NCBI GenBank assembly: GCA_963736855.1
Contig: CAVTQK010000009.1
Location: forward strand, 384,001-448,000
Reading direction: 5' to 3'
DNA from: an uncultured delta proteobacterium
Lineage (GTDB): Bacteria > Desulfobacterota > Desulfobacteria > Desulfobacterales > UBA2156
Length of the DNA stretch: 64,000 bases
Part shown: in pieces, positions 21,758 through 30,042 of the stretch
How positions within the stretch are numbered: the first letter of the stretch is position 1
Layout of the letters: each line of letters opens with the position of its first letter
The notes under the pieces: model-generated
Seen by the model: the letters and a program-made list of their open reading frames with translations, nothing else
Told to the model about the DNA's origin: nothing
Databases searched by the model: none
Program-made: the position numbers and the translations under genes

Positions 21758-24658
21758 CTATTCTTCCAGGAGTTCGGTCCAGATGCGGCGAACCCCTTTA
21801 CGGAGCGCGACGAATCGGTCCGATGGAACCCGGTCGGGTTTTTCCTGAAGGTTGAGGCGGTGGAGGGTAGCGCGGTAGGTCAGAAATGCCCTCCTTAAGA
21901 AGTAAGCAGTTTGCTCATCGATGACCCCGCTCTCCATGAGAGACTGAAGGAGACGCACGTTATCGGTCCACTCAACGATCTGCGGATATCGGTTCGCACA
22001 AAGCAACACCAAATACTGGACGAGAAATTCCACATCCACCATTCCGCCCCGGCCTTCCTTGAGGTCGAACATTTCGGGCTCCGGCTTGACGTGTTCCTTA
22101 CGCATGCGTTCCCGCATCTCCCTGATGGCCTTTTTCAGGATGTCTCCCTCCCGGGGCAAGACAAGAATCTCTTTCCGAATCTCTTCGAAGTGCTGCACCA
22201 GGACCGGATCCCCGCCGATGGCTCTGGCGCGAACCAGGGCCTGATGTTCCCAGGTCCACGCCTGTTTCAACTGGTATTCCCGAAACCCCTCGATGTGGCT
22301 GACTAAAATCCCCGAAGCCCCGCTGGGACGAAGGCGCATGTCTATCTCATAAAGCGTTCCGGCCCGGGTGTTCGCGGTTAGGATGTGGATGACCCGCTGC
22401 CCCAAACGAGCAAAAAATTGGACGTTCTCTACGGGGCGGCTGCCCCCGGTTTGTCCTTCGTCCCCGGCATGGATAAATACCAGATCCAGATCCGATCGAT
22501 ACCCCAGCTCAATACCGCCGAGTTTTCCGTAGGCGATCATCACAAATCCCCGATCGCATTTCTTCCCATCCAGGCGGCACCGAGGTTTTCCGTGTTTTTC
22601 CACCAAATGAAGCCATGCCCATTCCAGCACTTCACCCAAAATGACCTCGGCGATGTAAGTCAGATGATCGCTGACCTTCATCAAAGGAAGCACGCCGGTA
22701 ATATCGGATGCCGCTACGCGCAGCATATTGACCTGTTTGAAGATACATAGGTTTTCGATCAAGTACTCAAGGTCTTCGGGGCCCAATGCCGCAATCCGAT
22801 CTTTCAATTCTTTTTGAAGGGCCGCCTTCTGCGGCGGCTTATAGAGGACACGGGTGTCCAGGAGCTCATCCAGCAGCACCGGATGCTGCCGCAGGAAGGC
22901 GGCAATCCATGGGCTGGAGTTGATCAGATTCATGAGATGAGTCAGCGCCGCGGGATTTTCCAGAAGCAGGGCGAGATAACTGGTTCGGCGCTCTATGGTG
23001 CGAACGAGGTCACAAACCCGGCTCAAGGTCGTCAGGGGTGTGTCTCCGCCGGTGATCGCATCGAGAATCATGGGCATCAGGCGGTCCAGCCGCCTGCGCC
23101 CTTCATGACTGAGGGCCCTCGTGGCCGGATCGGCTTTGAGATGATCTAAAATCTTGAGAGCCTGATCCGGATCCGTGAATCCGCTTGCACTCAACACTTT
23201 TCCGGCCCGTTCAGGGCTCATCATTCCCTGCCACACACCCGCGAGGTCGGATAAATGCTCATCCGACCGGGAGGGGGCCATCCGGGCGTCATCGGCCCGG
23301 AAAAGACCCTGGAAATGTCTATGTACGGATCCCCTTTGTTCGTCCAGCCGCCCGGCAAAGGCATTCCAGTCCGGAAAACCCATGGAAACAGCCAACCGCA
23401 GTCGGTTAAGGGATTCTTGGGGAAGCTTATGGGTCTGCTGATCGGAAAACTCCTGCAGTCGGTTCTCCGTTGTTCGAAGAAAAATATATGCTTCGCAAAG
23501 GATCTCACAGGTATTTTGCGAAATGACTCCCTGTTCGGAGAGAATGTGCAACACGTCCATAATCCGGCGGGTTTGCAGGGCGGGGATAACACCGCCGCGG
23601 ATGAGCTGAAAGACTTGTCCGAAAAATTCGATCTCCCGGATCCCCCCAGGACCCAACTTTACATCATCGCCGAGTCCTTTTCTTCTGACCTCCAGGGAGA
23701 TCTTGTGCTTCATATCCCTGAGTGATTCGAATGTGCCGTAATCCAGATACCGCCTGAAGACGAAAGGAGTTAGCCGATGAAGAAGGGCCCTTCCCTCCGC
23801 AATATCCCCGGCCGCGGCCCGGGCCTTGATCCAGGCGTATCGCTCCCATTCACGACCGTGGTTCTGGTAGTAATATTCCATGTTGTCGAAACTCATCACG
23901 ATGGGGCCGTTCTCCCCGTCGGGTCTGAGACGGATGTCCACACGAAAGATGAACCCGTCCGGGGAAGGGTTCCCGAGAAGCCGGATTAGTCGACGGCACA
24001 AGCGGCCGAAAAACTCGTCGTTGCTCATGTCCGTCGCTCCCCCTTGGGTATTGCCCGCTTCCGGAAAAGCGAAAATGAGATCCACATCCGAGGAAAAATT
24101 GAGTTCCTCCCCGCCGAGCTTCCCCATGGCGATGACTGCCAGGGACTGGGGCTCCCCCTTTTTGTTGATCGGAGTCCCACATTCCGTACACTGCCTCTGG
24201 TAGAGAAAAAAGAGGGTCTGATCGATAAGGGTATCTGCCAGGTTTGTCAGTTCTGCCATGGTCGCAAAAAGGTCGGAAAGGCCTAAAAGATCCCTCCATG
24301 CAATCCGAACCATTTCCCGGGACCGAACCCTTCTGAGGGATCGGGCCAGGTCCGATTCGTCGGAAACCCCATCAAAGAAATGCTTCACCCGCAAAGCATA
24401 TTCCGTTTTCGGATACGCCCTGTCCAAATCGCCTGATTGAAATAAATCCATGAGGATTTCCGGATTCCGAAAAGCGCATCGCGTCACAAAATCGCTCATG
24501 GTGAACACACGGGCGGCATCCTCCAGAAATCGGGAAGGAGGGGACATTTGAATTCCGGCATTACGGGCTGCGGTCAGAAATGCCTTCAGCTTCTCCTCCC
24601 CGTCCGATCGGAGAGGCTCGGGGAGGCTTTTCAAGTTTTTCAGGGTTCCCTTTTCCAT
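21758..24658 (-). CDS. glnE: Glutamine synthetase adenylyltransferase/adenylyl-removing enzyme
   Basis: Duplicated NT domains AMGKLGGEELNFSSDVDL and AYGKLGGIELGYRSDLDL, D.RLRP twice, KLGPGGIREIEF. Confidence 0.95.
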   Translation of the reverse strand: MEKGTLKNLKSLPEPLRSDGEEKLKAFLTAARNAGIQMSPPSRFLEDAARVFTMSDFVTRCAFRNPEILMDLFQSGDLDRAYPKTEYALRVKHFFDGVSDESDLARSLRRVRSREMVRIAWRDLLGLSDLFATMAELTNLADTLIDQTLFFLYQRQCTECGTPINKKGEPQSLAVIAMGKLGGEELNFSSDVDLIFAFPEAGNTQGGATDMSNDEFFGRLCRRLIRLLGNPSPDGFIFRVDIRLRPDGENGPIVMSFDNMEYYYQNHGREWERYAWIKARAAAGDIAEGRALLHRLTPFVFRRYLDYGTFESLRDMKHKISLEVRRKGLGDDVKLGPGGIREIEFFGQVFQLIRGGVIPALQTRRIMDVLHILSEQGVISQNTCEILCEAYIFLRTTENRLQEFSDQQTHKLPQESLNRLRLAVSMGFPDWNAFAGRLDEQRGSVHRHFQGLFRADDARMAPSRSDEHLSDLAGVWQGMMSPERAGKVLSASGFTDPDQALKILDHLKADPATRALSHEGRRRLDRLMPMILDAITGGDTPLTTLSRVCDLVRTIERRTSYLALLLENPAALTHLMNLINSSPWIAAFLRQHPVLLDELLDTRVLYKPPQKAALQKELKDRIAALGPEDLEYLIENLCIFKQVNMLRVAASDITGVLPLMKVSDHLTYIAEVILGEVLEWAWLHLVEKHGKPRCRLDGKKCDRGFVMIAYGKLGGIELGYRSDLDLVFIHAGDEGQTGGSRPVENVQFFARLGQRVIHILTANTRAGTLYEIDMRLRPSGASGILVSHIEGFREYQLKQAWTWEHQALVRARAIGGDPVLVQHFEEIRKEILVLPREGDILKKAIREMRERMRKEHVKPEPEMFDLKEGRGGMVDVEFLVQYLVLLCANRYPQIVEWTDNVRLLQSLMESGVIDEQTAYFLRRAFLTYRATLHRLNLQEKPDRVPSDRFVALRKGVRRIWTELLEE

Positions 24659-24738
24659 AAGATTTGCGTTCCCATAAAGGTCAGCGGCAGAAGGGACATG
24701 TAGGACCGCAATCAAAATCTTTTCGTGGAAAAATTGTA

Positions 24739-24767
24739 TTGACAGCTTAGACAATAAAGGTTAAAAG
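24739..24767 (+). promoter_or_regulatory. Probable sigma-70 promoter of the mvhD-metVF-glt operon
   Basis: TTGACA-17 nt-TAAAAG immediately before the structured leader; the -10 is imperfect. Confidence 0.5.
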
Positions 24768-24779
24768 GGCAAGAAATAC

Positions 24780-24838
24780 GACGCACAGTGCCGTGCGTCA
24801 CTTTGTGGCCAATGTCGGCCATACAGACAGGGACGTCT
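24780..24838 (+). promoter_or_regulatory. ANTAR-type antiterminator leader RNA with three hexaloop hairpins
   Basis: GACGCAC-AGTGCC-GTGCGTC; TGGCC-AATGTC-GGCCA; AGAC-AGGGAC-GTCT. Every loop is 6 nt with A1/G4 and a C-G closing pair, and hairpin 3 overlaps the terminator 5' arm. Confidence 0.8.
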
Positions 24839-24873
24839 ACCACTCCAAGGGGGAGGTAGGCGTTTTTTTTTTT
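24832..24873 (+). terminator. Intrinsic terminator (attenuator) in the leader upstream of mvhD
   Basis: GACGTCTACC...GGTAGGCGTT stem followed by a run of 11 T, about 40 nt before the mvhD ATG. Confidence 0.85.
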
Positions 24874-24912
24874 AGCAAAGAACCATCGGGCCTTTTCAGG
24901 GGGAGAGGTAAA

Positions 24913-25398
24913 ATGAAAAAATCCCATAAACTGTCGGTCTTTTTTTGTACCCGCACATTTGAAAATGAATCGGTCTTTTTGCCCAATGCTCCGGATTCTT
25001 TGGAGGTGCGGGGAGTCTCCATGGCATGTTCCAGCATGGTCAAAGACATTTTTTTGCTCAAGGCCTTCGAGGCCGGCGCCGATGCAGTGACCGTGTGGGT
25101 CTGTCCGGAGGGTGCATGCCGGCATGTCGAAGGAAATCTTCGTGCCCGAAAACGGGTAGAACGAGTCAAGGCACTTCTGGAGGCCATCGGCTTTGACAGC
25201 CGGCGCTTGACCTTTTTCAACATGGTCCCTGGAGATCTTGCATCGGCTTCGGACATCCTCGAAGGAATCGTTGCCGCATTCAACATCATCGACGGTAGTG
25301 CTTCGAAGGTATCGGGGTACTGTTTTCCCGGAAATGCCGCCTTGAAGATTCAAAGCACGTTTGGATCCAACCATTCGATTCAAACCGATTTAAGATAA
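24913..25398 (+). CDS. mvhD: MvhD/FlpD-family [2Fe-2S] electron-transfer subunit
   Basis: FFC, MACSSMV...LLKAFEAGADAV..VCPEGACRHVEGNLRA.KRV...LLEAIG...RL; RBS GGAGAGG before ATG 24913. Confidence 0.82.
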   Translation: MKKSHKLSVFFCTRTFENESVFLPNAPDSLEVRGVSMACSSMVKDIFLLKAFEAGADAVTVWVCPEGACRHVEGNLRARKRVERVKALLEAIGFDSRRLTFFNMVPGDLASASDILEGIVAAFNIIDGSASKVSGYCFPGNAALKIQSTFGSNHSIQTDLR

Positions 25399-25412
25399 AG
25401 GAGAATCGATTC

Positions 25413-26081
25413 ATGATTGTCGGCGAACAGAAACCCGTAATGGAAATCCTTCAAATGGTTTCGCCCAATAAGAAGCTCCTTATTTTAGGGTGCGATACCT
25501 GCGTTAAGACGTGTTTTGCCGGTGGCGAAGACGAAGTAACGACGCTGGCTTCGGTTTTGAGATTGGCTTTGAAGACAAAAGGCATTTTCGTTCAAATTGA
25601 AGAATTGACGGTTGAGCGTCAGTGCGAGGATGCTTTTATAGCGGAAGCCGCCGACGCCGTATCTCGTAACGAAGAGGTTCTTTCCCTGGCCTGCGGTGCC
25701 GGGGTACAGGCGGTGGCCCGCAGATTTCCTCGATCTCTGGTGTTGCCAGGCGTCAATACCACTTTCCTCGGAGTATTAGAACGCCGGGGTATGTTCACCG
25801 AAGAGTGCTCCGGGTGCGGGGATTGCCAGCTGGCTGTGTTTGGCGGAGTTTGCCCTTTTACCCGATGCGCCAAAAAGCTGCTCAACGGCCCATGCGGGGG
25901 ATCCCGAAACGGCAAATGCGAGGTGAATGCCGATACGGATTGCGCATGGCATCTCATCATCGAACGGTTGAGCGCCCAGGGGCGCCTGAACCAGCTGAGG
26001 GCCTATGTTCCCCCGAAGCAATGGCAGACCAGCCTTTCCGGAGGTCCCAGAAAATTGATCCGGGAGGATCATGTTATATGA
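25413..26081 (+). CDS. metV: Methylene-THF reductase Fe-S subunit MetV (MTHFR C-terminal domain protein)
   Basis: GCDTCV..C..GG, ERQCE, LACGAG, ECSGCGDC, GVCP.TRCAK.LLNGPCGG, KCEV...CAW. Confidence 0.88.
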   Translation: MIVGEQKPVMEILQMVSPNKKLLILGCDTCVKTCFAGGEDEVTTLASVLRLALKTKGIFVQIEELTVERQCEDAFIAEAADAVSRNEEVLSLACGAGVQAVARRFPRSLVLPGVNTTFLGVLERRGMFTEECSGCGDCQLAVFGGVCPFTRCAKKLLNGPCGGSRNGKCEVNADTDCAWHLIIERLSAQGRLNQLRAYVPPKQWQTSLSGGPRKLIREDHVI

Positions 26082-27001
26082 AGACGGAACCGATCAGCCA
26101 TCTGGAGCGCGTCCTTTCCGAGGGTCGGTTTGCCGTCACTGCGGAATGCGGCCCGCCCCGGGGAGCAAAGGCGGAAGTCATCCGAAAAAAAGGGGCCTTG
26201 CTCAAAGGGGTCGTGGATGCGGTGAACGTCACGGACAACCAGACCGCCATCGTTCGCATGTCCAGCATCAGCTCCTGTGCACATCTCCTTGCACAAGGTT
26301 TAGAACCGGTAATGCAAATGGTGACGCGGGACCGCAATCGCATCGCCTTACAGTCGGACATTCTGGGGGCTTATTCTCTGGGAATTCAAAACATTCTCTG
26401 TCTTTCGGGAGATCACCAGCGCTTCGGCAGCCAACCGGACTCCCTGAACGTCTTCGACATCGACTCCATGAACCTCATCCGCACGGTTTTCACCATGAGA
26501 GAAGAGGGAATGGACATGAGCGGGTACCTTCTTGATGGAGCTCCCCGGATGTATATCGGCGCCGCCGCCAATCCGTTTGCAGACCCCTTCGAGTATCGGG
26601 TCATACGCCTGGCCAAGAAGATTGATGCCGGAGCGGACTTCATCCAGACCCAATGTGTCTATAACCTGGAACGCTTCCGGCAGTGGATGAACATGGCTTC
26701 CGGCGAAGGACTGACCGAGAAGGTGCATATATTGGCAGGTGTCACCCCCATAAAATCCGCCGGGATGGCGCGGTATATGGCCAAAAACGTCGCCGGGATG
26801 GATGTCCCCGAATCGATCATCCGTCGCATGGCCGGAGTTTCAAAAGAAAAGGCCTCGGAAGAAGGGATCACCATTTGTCTGGAGACTGTCGCAGCGCTTC
26901 AGGAGATTTCGGGTGTCCACGGCATCCACATCATGGCCATTGAATGGGAAGAACAGGTCAAGACCATCGTTGAAAGGGCGGGCCTTTTACCGAGGCCTTA
27001 A
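26078..27001 (+). CDS. metF: Methylenetetrahydrofolate reductase
   Basis: VTAECGPP, NVTDNQ, RDRNRIALQSD, LSGDH, KKIDAGADFIQTQ, HIMAI; ATGA overlap with metV. Confidence 0.92.
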   Translation: MKTEPISHLERVLSEGRFAVTAECGPPRGAKAEVIRKKGALLKGVVDAVNVTDNQTAIVRMSSISSCAHLLAQGLEPVMQMVTRDRNRIALQSDILGAYSLGIQNILCLSGDHQRFGSQPDSLNVFDIDSMNLIRTVFTMREEGMDMSGYLLDGAPRMYIGAAANPFADPFEYRVIRLAKKIDAGADFIQTQCVYNLERFRQWMNMASGEGLTEKVHILAGVTPIKSAGMARYMAKNVAGMDVPESIIRRMAGVSKEKASEEGITICLETVAALQEISGVHGIHIMAIEWEEQVKTIVERAGLLPRP

Positions 27002-27012
27002 GGTAATCGAGC

Positions 27013-28425
27013 ATGCCGAAAAAATATCATGTCGCCGTTAAACCCGCTCCGCCGCGGTTCCCCGCCATCGGTAAATATGCGACCATCGAGTTTAAGGAAG
27101 ACTGTGCGGGAAGCTGTCGGGAATGCGTCAAGAAAAAGTGCGTCTACGGTGTATTCAGGGAAACACACGAACATGCATTGAAGATGATCGAACCGGAATA
27201 TTTGTACATCTGTCAGAGTTGTTTTCGATGCGTCCAGGAATGCACCAAGGGAATCTTTTCCCGGGTTATCAACCCGGCGTATCGAAATCTGGGAGACGAC
27301 TATTGGAGCCGGGACATCCTCCATCGCCTTTGGTACCAGGCGCACTTCGGAAAAATTCCGGTCTCCGGCGCCGGCTACCGCGGCCCTTTCACCGGAAAGG
27401 GGTTCGACAATATGTGGACGGACATGTCGGAAATCGTCCGCCCCACCCGTGATGGCATCCACGGCCGGGAGTATATCAATACGTCTATCGAACTTTCCCG
27501 GAGGAACACGTTTTTATCGTTTGCGCCGGATGGCTCGCTGGACTGTGAGCCTCCTCCCATCCTGGAAATCCCGATCCCGGTTCTTTTCCAGTGGCCCGGG
27601 AACATCGTGAAAAATAGATCCCTCATCCTTTCCACTGCCATGGCGGCCGTCGAACTTGGGACTCTGCTATTTCTGGATCCCGAAGACTTTTCCGAAGCGC
27701 TCTACCCTTATGCCGGCAACATAGTTTGCCGGATCAACGGCGACGATTTTTCGGACTTCTTACCTCTTTTACAACAAAGCCGCATGGTGGAAATCTCCGA
27801 TGGCCCAGAGCTTGCCCGCCTCATCGCAGATCTCAGAGAGTTACGGCCGGGGCTTATTGTGGCGGTGGGTGTCCCCCTCACCCCGGAAGCATCATCCACG
27901 GCTGCAAGGCTTGCCGAAGCCGATGTGGATTCGATCCACTTTTATGCCACGGAAAACGGATATGAAAAACATACGGCGTCCCCGCGGTTTCTCAAGGATT
28001 GTATCCGATCCGTTCACCTCGAACTCGTGGACCATTCCCTACGCCAAAAGGTCAACCTCCTTTTTTCAGGAGGGATCGCAATGGCCGAACACATGGCCAA
28101 GGCCATCATCTGCGGCGCGGATGGAGTCGTCGCAGACACCGTTTTACCGGTAGCCCTGGAGTGCCGCCTGTGTTCCCGGTGCCGGGAAGGTCTCTCCTGT
28201 CCGGTGAAGCTTGACGATGTCATCAATCCTCAATGGGGGAAGCAGCGCATCGTTAATCTAATGGGTGCCTGGCACGGCCAACTACTGGAGGTCATGGGCG
28301 CCATGGGTATCCGGGAAACCCGCAGGATCCGGGGAGAGATCGGCCGATCGATGCATTTCTACGAGCTGGAAAGAGAAATTTTCGGCCCCATTTTCGGGGA
28401 AAGAAAAGTGCCGGAGTGTGCTTAA
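27013..28425 (+). CDS. Glutamate synthase-related Fe-S/barrel subunit with degenerate FMN and 2-oxoglutarate motifs
   Basis: N-terminal Cys clusters (CAGSCRECVKKKC; CQSCFRCVQEC), GAGY.GPF.G.GFD, SGGI...AKAI.CGAD, ECRLCSRC, EVMGAMG; lacks the MSFGS and QGAKPG motifs. Confidence 0.75.
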   Translation: MPKKYHVAVKPAPPRFPAIGKYATIEFKEDCAGSCRECVKKKCVYGVFRETHEHALKMIEPEYLYICQSCFRCVQECTKGIFSRVINPAYRNLGDDYWSRDILHRLWYQAHFGKIPVSGAGYRGPFTGKGFDNMWTDMSEIVRPTRDGIHGREYINTSIELSRRNTFLSFAPDGSLDCEPPPILEIPIPVLFQWPGNIVKNRSLILSTAMAAVELGTLLFLDPEDFSEALYPYAGNIVCRINGDDFSDFLPLLQQSRMVEISDGPELARLIADLRELRPGLIVAVGVPLTPEASSTAARLAEADVDSIHFYATENGYEKHTASPRFLKDCIRSVHLELVDHSLRQKVNLLFSGGIAMAEHMAKAIICGADGVVADTVLPVALECRLCSRCREGLSCPVKLDDVINPQWGKQRIVNLMGAWHGQLLEVMGAMGIRETRRIRGEIGRSMHFYELEREIFGPIFGERKVPECA

Positions 28426-28426
28426 A

Positions 28427-29980
28427 ATGGAAGTTCAAGCGGTTGAACAACACGTTTTGCCGGAAACCCGAGTAACGCCGTCGCGCTTTCGCAACCCCAT
28501 AGGCAAGCACATGATCATCCGAAGCGATCGATGCACCAACTGCGGGCTTTGCGCGACCCTTTGCCCTTACGATGTGCACCCCGAATACGATGCGTATTCA
28601 CGAGCCCTCAAGCCGAGGAGTCATCGCTGCATCGGTTTTTCCTGCCGACAAAACGATTTTTATTGCATCGAACAGTGTCCTGAAGAGGCCCTGACGCTTA
28701 AATTCAACCCGATCCTGGAGACGTTGGGAGACTTTCGCTGGTCTGCCGAAATGCTCATCGGTCACTGGGAAATGGCTGAAACCGGGCGCTTGCCCTTGGT
28801 TGACCTGGAATATAACTTGGGTTGTTCCGGAGGCGGATTCGATAAAATGCGGTTCCGATACCCGGACCCTGAAGCCTATCTGGATCTTCCGGATGAGGCC
28901 ATCGACACCGAGATCGACCTTAACCGGCGCAGGGACGGCCGTCCCGATAAGAGACTCTCCCTCCCCTGTTACGGCGGCGGTATGTCCTTCGGTTCCACCG
29001 CTTTGTCGGTTATCGTCGGCAGGGCCCGCGCCGCCAAGCGTCTCAACACGCTGACTTGCACGGGAGAGGGGGGATACCCGGTGGAATTCATCCCTTACGC
29101 TGACCATGTCATCACTCAGGTCGCCACCGGTCTGTTCGGCGTCCGGGAAGAGACCATCCTTTTTGCTCCCGTGGTGGAATTCAAGTATGCCCAGGGAGCC
29201 AAACCGGGTTTGGGGGGTCATCTTCTAGGAGACAAGGTCACTCCCGAAGTGGCCGCCATGCGAGGGACCGTGGTGGGTAACGCCCTCTTTTCACCCTTCC
29301 CGTTTCACAGTGTCTACTCAGTAGAAGACCATAAAAAACATGTAGACTGGGTCAAGGAAATCAATCCCAGGGCACTGATTTCGGTAAAGGTCTCCACACC
29401 TACGGACGTGGATATGGTGGCGGTGGGGAGTTACTATGCCGGAGCCCACATCATCCATCTGGACGGAAGTTACGGCGGCACCGGCGCTGCCCCCGACATC
29501 GCCAAAAAGAACATCGCCATGCCCATCGAGTATGCCATTCCCAAGGTACACCGATTCTTGATCCAGGAAGGCGTCCGAGATGAGATCTGTCTCATCGCCA
29601 GCGGTGGAATCCGGAATGCCATGGATGTGGCCAAGGCCATCGCTTTGGGAGCGAACGGGGTGGTCATCGGCACAGCAGAACTGGTGGCACTGGAGTGCGT
29701 TCGATGCGGAAACTGTGAAAGCGGCCGGGGTTGCGCCCGGGGCATCGCCACCACCGACCCGGAGCTAGGAAGCATGATCGCCGAAGAGTGGGCCGAACAG
29801 CGCATCGTCAACATGTATTCGGCATGGCGAAAACAATGGTGCTCTCTTTTGAGACAGTGCGGACTCAAGAGCATCAATGAATTGGTGGGACGGACAGATC
29901 TTCTTGTCCATCTCGATTATCTGGACGAGGCCGAATGCGCCACCTATGCGCCGTCACCTCAAGGACAGGTGATCATCTGA
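28427..29980 (+). CDS. Glutamate synthase FMN-binding (synthase) subunit with N-terminal ferredoxin domain (GltB2-type)
   Basis: CTNCGLCATLCP, GMSFGS, TGEGG, QVATGLFG, EFKYAQGAKPGLGGHL.G.KV, DG..GGTGAAP, ASGGIR, C..C..CESGRGC.RGIAT. Confidence 0.9.
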   Translation: MEVQAVEQHVLPETRVTPSRFRNPIGKHMIIRSDRCTNCGLCATLCPYDVHPEYDAYSRALKPRSHRCIGFSCRQNDFYCIEQCPEEALTLKFNPILETLGDFRWSAEMLIGHWEMAETGRLPLVDLEYNLGCSGGGFDKMRFRYPDPEAYLDLPDEAIDTEIDLNRRRDGRPDKRLSLPCYGGGMSFGSTALSVIVGRARAAKRLNTLTCTGEGGYPVEFIPYADHVITQVATGLFGVREETILFAPVVEFKYAQGAKPGLGGHLLGDKVTPEVAAMRGTVVGNALFSPFPFHSVYSVEDHKKHVDWVKEINPRALISVKVSTPTDVDMVAVGSYYAGAHIIHLDGSYGGTGAAPDIAKKNIAMPIEYAIPKVHRFLIQEGVRDEICLIASGGIRNAMDVAKAIALGANGVVIGTAELVALECVRCGNCESGRGCARGIATTDPELGSMIAEEWAEQRIVNMYSAWRKQWCSLLRQCGLKSINELVGRTDLLVHLDYLDEAECATYAPSPQGQVII

Positions 29981-30042
29981 ACCGCTTACAAAAATGCGGG
30001 ACACAACCTGCAGCCATTCACGACAGGGAGTTCAAGACATCC

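Noticed and set aside
24793..24912. N-terminal extension of the MvhD ORF as coding sequence or leader peptide
   Set aside because: It runs through the hairpins and terminator; a good RBS precedes ATG 24913
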